From the NCBI GenBank assembly GCA_002269645.1, contig NIVC01003194.1, positions 62,001 to 126,000 on the forward strand: a stretch of 64,000 nt of DNA, written 5' to 3'. This document shows, piece by piece, positions 55,960-64,000 of this stretch (position 1 is the stretch's first letter; the number at the start of each line of letters is the position of its first letter). The stretch comes from Macrostomum lignano. Its lineage: Eukaryota. Position numbers and translations under genes: made by a program. The notes below the pieces were generated by a model. The model saw only the letters and a list, made by a program, of their open reading frames with translations. It had not been told where the DNA came from and made no database searches.

Positions 55960-56830
55960 TGTACAGTTACTTTCTTATTCATCTAGAGCCTCTACAGTCT
56001 CTTTCTCATCCATCTAGAGCCTCTACTGTCAGTTTCTCATCCATCTAGAGCCTTTGTAGTCCCTTTCTCATCCATCTAGAGCCTCTACTGTCAGTTTCTC
56101 ATCCATCTAGAGCCTCTACTGTCAGTTTCTCATCCATCTAGAGCCTCTACTGTCAGTTTCTCATCCATCTAGAGCCTCTACTGTCAGTTTCTCATCCATC
56201 TAGAGCCTCTACTGTCAGTTTCTCATCCATCTAGAGCCTCTACTGTCAGTTTCTCATCCATCTAGAGCCTCTACTGTCAGTTTCTCATCCATCTAGAGCC
56301 TCTACTGTCAGTTGCTCATCGTTCAAAAGCCTCTACAGTCTCTTGCTTATCCATCTAGAGCCTCTACTGTCATTTTCTCATCCATCTAGAGCCTCTACTG
56401 TCATTTTCTCATCCATCTAGAGCCTCTACTGTCATTTTCTCATCCATCTAGAGCCTCTACTGTCATTTTCTCATCCATCTAGAGCCTCTACTGTCATTTT
56501 CTCATCCATCTAGAGCCTCTACTGTCATTTTCTCATCCATCTAGAGCCTCTACTGTCAGTTTCTCATCGTTCAAAAGCCTCTACAGTCTCTTGCTTATCC
56601 ATCTAGAGCCTCTACTGTCATTTTCTCATCCATCTAGAGCCTCTACTGTCATTTTCTCATCCATCTAGAGCCTCTACTGTCAGTTTCTCATCGTTCAAAA
56701 GCCTCTACAGTCTCTTTCTTATCCATCTAGAGCCTCTATTGTCAGTTTCTCATCCATCTAAAGCCTCTATAGTCCCTTTCTCATTTATCATCAATCTTCC
56801 CTCTCCATAGTCCCTTTCTCATTTATCTAG
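55960..56830. repeat. 31-bp array between the ZnF gene and MICU1
   Basis: Unit CATCCATCTAGAGCCTCTACTGTCAGTTTCT. Confidence 0.94.
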
Positions 56831-57232
56831 AGTCTCTATAGTCGGGATCTCATTCATCTTAACTGTAATACTTCATGCCCCTTTGCGTCCGTTTCTTATG
56901 TCTTATGAGAAGTAAAAAATTCGCATTATCCTATAAAACTTTTCTTAATTAATTTTCCTGCTAGTTAATATCAAGCCCTTATAATAATAAATGCGATATT
57001 GATCTCAACAGCGAAAATCAAGAAAGCCGTCATCAATATTAAAGCGAGGAACATACATACCTGTACACTAGACTGTGTGCTTGCTATATGTTTATTTTTA
57101 AAAACATACAAATATACAAATTACTTGACAATGACACCAACAAAAGCGTAGATGAGGTAAGCTTTACCTATTTTTGTTCACTGACTATTAAGTATAGAAA
57201 TCTTCGATTGGTTTGAGTGCCTAGGCAGCAAT

Positions 57233-59658
57233 CTAGGTGGGACAATAGGTTTTCACGGTAACCTTAGCAACAGGCGACGCCGTTAAAACCGGTGCTTCAC
57301 CAATCGAGACGGACACAGGTAAACCAGCAGGTAAACTAGGATTAATATCCTCTTCTTCATCAACAATACTATCGGCATCTTCTAAATCGTCCATGTCAAT
57401 TTCGTGATGGTCACCTGTGAGCAGTAGTGCTCCAGTCTGCTGCTCCTGCTGCCGCTGTTGCTCCTGCTGCGACAGCATGTGCTGCCTAATATGCCAGGTG
57501 CAAGAATACTTACAGGTGAATGGCTTAGCGCAAATAGTGCACTTGTACCGAACGCCCAGGTGACTATTCATATGCCGTTTCACCTGGTAGGAGGTGAAAA
57601 ATGATTTGCCGCAAATTTCGCAACGAAAAAATCGACCGCCAGTGTGCGTGTGAAAGTGCCGGGTCAGGTTGCCGATCCATTTGAACGGCTTGGAGCAGGC
57701 TGGGCACAGGTAATACCGGATGCCGTTCACCTCCTGCTGTTGCACCTGCACCGGGCGAATGGGGATTGCTATTCCGACTGATTTAACTGGTTAATTTAAC
57801 ATTCTGCTTTAGGGACTGGGATCTTGGGTTTATAGGGACTGGGATCTTGTGTTTATAGGGACTGGGATCTTGGGTTTATAGGGACTGGGATTTTGGGTTT
57901 ATAGGGACTGGGATCTTGGGTTTATAGGGACTGGGATCTTGGGTTTATAGGGACTGGGATCTTGGGTTTATAGGGACTGGGATCTTGGGTTTATAGGGAC
58001 TGGGATCTTGGGTTTATAGGGACTGGGATTTGGGTTTATAGGGACTGGGATCTTGGGTTTATAGGGACTGGGATCTTGGGTTTATAGGGACTGGGATCTT
58101 GGGTTTATAGGGACTGGGATCTTGGGTTTATAGGGACTGGGATTTGGGATTTATAGGGACTGGGATCTTGGGTTTATAGGGACTGGGATCTTGGGTTAAT
58201 AGGGACTGGGATCTGGGGTTTATAGGGACTGGGATCTTTGATTCATAGGAACTGGGATCTTGGGTTTATAGGGACTGGGATCCTGGGTTTATAGGAACTG
58301 GGATCTTGGGTTTATAGGGACTGGGATCTTGGGTTTATAGGAACTGGGATCTTGGGTTTATAGGAACTGGGATCTTGGGTTTATAGGGACTGGGATCTTG
58401 GGTTTATAGGAACTGGGATCTTGGGTTTATAGGGACTGGATACTCCTTATCTATTAATAAGGAGTTAGAGATAACAAGATCTTGGGTTTATAGGAACTGG
58501 GATCTTGGGTTTATAGGGACTGGGATCTTGGGTTTATAGGAACTGGGATCTTGGGTTTATAGGGACTGGGATCTTGGGTTTATAGGGAATGGGATCTTAG
58601 GTTGATAGGGAATGGGATCTTAGGTTTATAGGGAATGGGATCTTAGGTTTATAGGGACTGGGAGCTTGGGATTATAACTACTGGGATCTTGGGTTTATAG
58701 GGACTGGGAGCTTGGGATTATAACTACTGGGATCTTGGGTTTATAGGGACTGGGAGCTTGGGATTATAACTACTGGGATCTTAGGTTTATAGGGACTGGG
58801 AGCTTGGGATTATAACTACTGGGATCTTGGGTTTATAGGGATTGGGATCTTGGGATTATAGGGGCTGGGATTTTGGGTTTATAGGGACTGGAATTTTGGG
58901 TTTATAGGGACTGGAATTGCGGGTTTATAAGGACAGGGATTTTGAGTTTATATGGAATGGAATTTCAGGTTTATCCAGACAGGGATTTTGTGTTTATAAG
59001 GTTTATATACCTGCTGCCTGCTCAGCTGTTTCCGCCTAGGCGCACAGATATGATGCTCCAACGAATACAGATTGCGAAAATGCTTGCCACACTTGGAGCA
59101 CTGCAGCATCTTTGGCGGCACCTTAGTCGAGCTGAACTGATCCGATGACGCGGCGAGTTTCGGAGAGATTGGCGTAGGCAGCGGAGTCATTGTTGTACTA
59201 CCTGACGAGACCCCTTCCGGACCGAGACTGTACCGGAGCAAGCGACTCTGCCTACCAGACGATGCTGACAAGCCTTGGCCAACTCTGCCGCTGTCAATGA
59301 CTAGATGAGTGAATGACTGCGACGCTGCAGATGTGCCAGCCTGTAGCTGCCTGCCAGACCCAGGAGCCACGTCCATGACTGGATCGCAGCCCATATCGTC
59401 AATCCAGAAAGACTCGCCATAGATGTCAGCGCCGCTGTTTGAGTCTTCTTGAGCACCGGCGCTAGACAATGATGACAATGTAGCAGTAGCAGTAGTCGAT
59501 GGTTGAGAAGCTTCAGGAGCGGCAGCAGTAGCGGAACTGGATACTGATGGTTTCCGTACAATAGTAAACACTGGACGAGAGGAGCCGTCAGGATTGGCAG
59601 TTCGTCTAACCACTAGCATGTCGCTAGTGGGAACCGGCATCTGCTGCTGTTCAGTCAT
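57233..59658 (-). CDS. C2H2 zinc-finger protein; join(59658..59011,57745..57233), 386 aa
   Basis: One finger-like motif in exon 1 (CSKCGKHFRNLYSLEHHIC) and three C2H2 fingers in exon 2 (CPAC..HFHTH TGGRFF CEIC..HMNSH, CTIC..HIRQH). Intron 59010..57746 is GT-AG phase 0. Confidence 0.88.
57825..58945. repeat. 23-bp array filling the ZnF intron
   Basis: Unit GGTTTATAGGGACTGGGATCTTG. Confidence 0.95.
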
Positions 59659-59809
59659 CGATTTCCTTAACTCTGCTGTTTACTGTAGGTAATAGATAAG
59701 GAGTATCCTTTAAAAATTTACAAATTGACAAATTTTAAAACGCATGTATAATATTCAGAGCTCTTCTAAATGGTGGGTGCACGTTGGAGTAGTGGGGCTT
59801 TACTAATTG

Positions 59810-60350
59810 AAACGAGTGTACATTGGCGGCTTGCTAATTAGAGAGCGATTGGACATTGGGAGATGACTAATTGGAGAGCGAGTGTACATTGGGGGAGGGG
59901 GTTGACTAATTGGAGAGCGAGTGTATATTGGGGGAGGGGGTTGATTAATTGGAGAGCGAATGTACATTGGGGGAGGGGGTTGACTAATTGGAGAGCGAGT
60001 GTACATTGGGGGAGGGGTTGACTAATTGGAGAGCGAGTGTACATTGGGGAGGGGGTTGACTAACTGGAGAGCGAGTGTACATTGGGGGAGGGGGTTGACT
60101 AATTGGAGAGCGAGTGTACATTGGGGGAGGTGGTTGACTAATTGCCGTAATTGGAGAGCAAATGTACATTGGGGGAAGGGGTTGACTAATTGGAGAGCAA
60201 ATGTACATTGGGGGAATGGGTTGACTAATTGGAGAGCAAATGTACATTGGGGGAAGGGGTTGACTAATTAGAGAGAAAATGTACATTGGCGGAAGGGGTT
60301 GACTAATTGGAGAGCAAGAGCAAGTGTACATTTAGAGTGTACATTACGAG
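59810..60350. repeat. 39-bp G-tract array upstream of the ZnF gene
   Basis: Unit GACTAATTGGAGAGCGAGTGTACATTGGGGGAGGGGGTT. Confidence 0.93.
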
Positions 60351-61069
60351 TGTAGTGACTAATTGGAAAGCGAGTGCACATAAGATACTTAAATAATAGT
60401 TCACGAAATTTAAGAAGCATAAAAATGAATTCAACACGGAAGGCAATGATTTGACAGGCAAGATTTGCCTAATTTAACAAAAAAACTATTTGAATACTAA
60501 AAGAACCCTTATACTGATACTAAACACCACGTAGGAGCTTTAATAAATTAGTGAAAATAATAAAATTTATGCAATACTACGAGTAAGAATACTATCGATT
60601 TTTAAGCAATAAAATATCGCAAATAGTGCATGGCTTAGTAGAAAGTGCAGCAAAATAACTATTGCTGAATATATTAGTAAAATACAATACTATGTTTACT
60701 GACAAAAGTCAGTCTAAAGTGTAAGATTATTGTTCTTAGAAGTTCTTAGAAGTTACATAGAAATACTATATGTAAACTTTAAACAGACTCATTGTGTTGT
60801 AAGCTTAGCACGATCAAATGCATCGCGAAAGCATAACGATTGAAAAAAATGTTAAAGTAAATATTCTCACGAATGATTATAAAGTTTGTGAAAATGTCAC
60901 TGCGAGTGATCTTTTGGAAAAAAAAACAAAATCATTCAAAGGTGAGTGCAGGAGGTCGGTCAGTAAATTGAGTTGACAATTTATTTCCTGACCTTTAGCA
61001 TGTCTTAACCCTACTCCGAAATAAAGAATAACAAAATAATTAGTATAGCAGTTTATGAAATGCTACAAA

Positions 61070-62245
61070 ATACATCACTCAGCCTCAAAGCTACTAATCA
61101 CTCAGCCTCAAAGCTACTAATCACTCAGCCTCAAAGCTACTAATCACTCAGCCCCAAAGCTACTAATCACTCAGCCAAAGCTACTTATCACTCAACCAAA
61201 GCTACTAATCACTCAGCCAAAGCTACTAATCACTCAGCCAAAGCTACTAATCACTCAGCCAAAGCTACTAATCACTCAGCCAAAGCTACTTATCACTCAA
61301 CCAAAGCTACTAATCACTCAGCCAAAGCTACTTATCACTCAGCCAAAGCTACTTATCACTCAACCAAAGCTACTTATCACTCAACCAAAGCTACTAATCA
61401 CTCAGCCCCAAAGCTACAAATAACTCAGCCAAAGCTACTAATCACTCAGCCAAAGCTACTAATCACTCAGCCCCAAAGCTACTAATCACTCAGCCATAAG
61501 CTACAAATAACTCAGCCAAAGCTACAAATAACTCAGCCAAAGCTACTAATCACTCAGCCCCAAAGCTACTAATCACTCAGCCCCAAAGCTACTAATCACT
61601 CAGCCCCAAAGCTACTAATCACTCAGCCCCAAAGCTACTAATCACTCAGCCCCAAAGCTACTAATCACTCAGCCCCAAAGCTACTAATCACTCAGCCCCA
61701 AAGCTACTAATCACTCAGCCCCAAAGCTACTAATCACTCAGCCAAAGCTACTTATCACTCAGCCAAAGCTACTTATCACTCAACCAAAGCTACTTATCAC
61801 TCAACCAAAGCTACTAATCACTCAGCCCCAAAGCTACAAATAACTCAGCCAAAGCTACTAATCACTCAGCCAAAGCTACTAATCACTCAGCCCCCCAAAG
61901 CTACTAATCACTCAGCCATAAGCTACAAATAACTCAGCCAAAGCTACAAATAACTCAGCCAAAGCTACAAATAACTCAGCCAAAGCTACAAATAACTCAG
62001 CCAAAGCTACAAATAACTCAGCCAAAGCTACTAATCACTCAGCCCCAAAGCTACTAATCACTCAGCCCCAAAGCTACTAATCACTCAGCCCCAAAGCTAC
62101 TAATCACTCAGCCCCAAAGCTACTAATCACTCAGCCCCAAAGCTACAAATAACTCAGCCAAAGCTACTAATCACTCAGCCAAAGCTACTAATCACTCAGC
62201 CAAAGCTACTAATCACTCAGCCAAAGCTACTAATCACTCAGCCAA
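61070..62245. repeat. 21/23-bp array immediately 3' of PRELID3
   Basis: Unit CACTCAGCCAAAGCTACTAAT, with a CCCC variant. Confidence 0.95.
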
Positions 62246-62255
62246 AGCCAATAAC

Positions 62256-62825
62256 TCAGGACGAAGCATCAGCAGTGGTATCTGCTATTCGATTAGCAAT
62301 GACCCACTCAATAGCCCTGGGACCTTTGGCAGCCATTCTGTCGTACACAAAATCTTCTAAAATAGTTTCCACTAGGCCACCAATAGGCCACCAAGGACAG
62401 CAGATTCTGGCAGACTGCTGCAGAACTGTCCTTTCTGTGGGATTGTCTGGATGAGGTTTATACTCCAAGCGTTCCTCAAGTGTGATGCCTCTGCTAAATG
62501 TAATATTCTTACTGTGCAATAGGTAACTCCTAGCTCTAGGATCTACCATAGTGTGCTCGCTACCGTACCAGACGTCAACATCCAGATCAATCAAGGAGTT
62601 AAACAGTCTGTAAAATCCTAGATTAGTCAACCGGTGTACCACACCTGTAAACAGCAGGCCGAATAATCTGTGAGTTCGAAGAATGCCGTCCTTACTGACT
62701 GACCGAGACACCACATCTTGGCTTAAAACGCCATTAAACATTGGATTAGGATATTTATTCATAGCCGCTTCAACCACAGTCTCCCAGCTGTGCTCGAACA
62801 CGTGGCTACGCTCCCACACTCGCAT
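62256..62825 (-). CDS. PRELID3: PRELI/MSF1-domain mitochondrial lipid-transfer protein (SLMO/PRELID3-like), single exon
   Basis: MRVWERSHVFEHSWETVVEAAMNKYPNP, LRTHRL, SEHTMVDP, SKNITF, EERLEYKPHPDNPTERTVLQQ, KGPRAIEWVI. Confidence 0.9.
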   Translation of the reverse strand: MRVWERSHVFEHSWETVVEAAMNKYPNPMFNGVLSQDVVSRSVSKDGILRTHRLFGLLFTGVVHRLTNLGFYRLFNSLIDLDVDVWYGSEHTMVDPRARSYLLHSKNITFSRGITLEERLEYKPHPDNPTERTVLQQSARICCPWWPIGGLVETILEDFVYDRMAAKGPRAIEWVIANRIADTTADASS

Positions 62826-63330
62826 GGCTGCCAAATTAACATGAGATTTCTGAAAAGTAAGTAATAAAGTTGGTTTTGTTTATTTGTACCGTAGGATTAA
62901 AAAAATTATTTAACACCTAGCACCTTGCATTTTTTAATCGTCAGGGCATGTACCCTCTCAGTACCTTGGGGTTGGCCCAAATGGGTGTGACTGTGAATTA
63001 CACAACCCACTGGCAAATTTTCGTACAGAAACTTTTCGTACCAGTCCACAAACTACAGATTTTTTGTCAACTAATGCTTTAAACCCCTATCTTAGCACTT
63101 TTACTTCTCATCTGAAGACAGAAAAAAATTAATAAAAAAACAAAACATAATCAGAAGTCATTAGAAACTAAACAATAACAGCTAGCAGATTTAATAGAAC
63201 CTAACAGTTCATATTTTATTGAAAAGTGACTACACAAGAATGCAAGCGATCCTGCAGTATCATTAACTTAAACTTAATTCGAAAAAAATCTAAAATCCTA
63301 GAATGGTAAAGTGTGTTTAGGATGCTGTTC

Positions 63331-64000
63331 AAGTTAAGGTTCAGGTGCAGTTTAGGTTAGAGTGTAGTTTAGGGTTTAGGTTACGGTTCAGATCAGGGTC
63401 TAGGTTAGGGTCCAGTTTAGGGTTTAGGTTACGGTTCAGATCAGGGTCTAGGTTAGGGTCCAGTTTAGGGTTTAGGTTACGGTTCAGATCAGGGTCTAGG
63501 TTAGGGTCCAGTTTAGGGTTTAGGTTACGGTTCAGATCAGGGTCTAGGTTAGGGTCCAGTTTAGGGTTTAGGTTACGGTTCAGATCAGGGTCTAGGTTAG
63601 GGTCCAGTTTAGGGTTTAGGTTACGGTTCAGATCAGGGTCTAGGTTAGGGTCCAGTTTAGGGTTTAGGTTACGGTTCAAATCAGGGTCTAGGTTAGGGTC
63701 CAGTTTAGGGTTTAGGTTACGGTTCAGATCAGGGTCTAGGTTAGGGTCCAGTTTAGGGTTTAGGTTACGGTTCAGATCAGGGTCTAGGTTAGGGTCCAGT
63801 TTAGGGTTTAGGTTACGGTTCAGATCAGGGTCTAGGTTAGGGTCCAGTTTAGGGTTTAGGTTACGGTTCAGATCAGGGTCTAGGTTAGGGTCCAGTTTAG
63901 GGTTTAGGTTACGGTTCAAATCAGGGTCTAGGTTAGGGTCCAGTTTAGGGTTTAGGTTGCGGTTCAGATTAGGGTCTAGGTTAGGGTCCAGTTTAGGGTT
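63331..64000 (+). repeat. 48-bp telomere-like higher-order repeat, running off the window end
   Basis: Unit TTTAGG GTTTAG GTTACG GTTCAG ATCAGG GTCTAG GTTAGG GTCCAG: eight hexamers, with two exact TTAGGG per unit. Confidence 0.92.

Noticed and set aside
63341-63919. 192-aa NPKLDPNLDPDLNRNL repeat ORF resembling a repetitive surface antigen
   Set aside because: Reverse translation of the telomere-like satellite; no signal peptide or flanking exon support.

Overview
Eukaryotic animal DNA with GC-rich exons and introns/intergenic gaps packed with unrelated 4-54 bp tandem arrays. The style resembles a free-living flatworm such as Macrostomum (inference, not verified). Left end: a decayed RTE-like LINE, a non-autonomous mariner with about 168 bp TIRs, and a 2-exon secreted protein (signal peptide, PAN/apple-like module, Thr mucin stalk, ALK/LTK-like Gly-rich domain). 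I reconstructed these genes by hand with phase-consistent GT-AG introns: AMPK alpha (-), NECAB (+), and a run of seven co-directional minus-strand genes (PRELID3/SLMO, C2H2 zinc finger, MICU1, DGAT1-like, SIRT6, SMYD4-like, PMVK). Main observations: (1) SIRT6 and PMVK begin at a phase-0 splice acceptor with no adjacent ATG, and several neighbours have in-frame acceptors just upstream of their ATG, which fits flatworm spliced-leader trans-splicing donating the initiator AUG in a candidate operon; (2) the DGAT1 homolog keeps an intact frame but has lost the catalytic His and Asn; (3) possible antisense exons are nested in NECAB introns; (4) the right end is a telomere-like 48-bp higher-order array. 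Most long ORFs in the supplied track are artefacts of tandem repeats. All homology calls come from motif recognition, not database searches.
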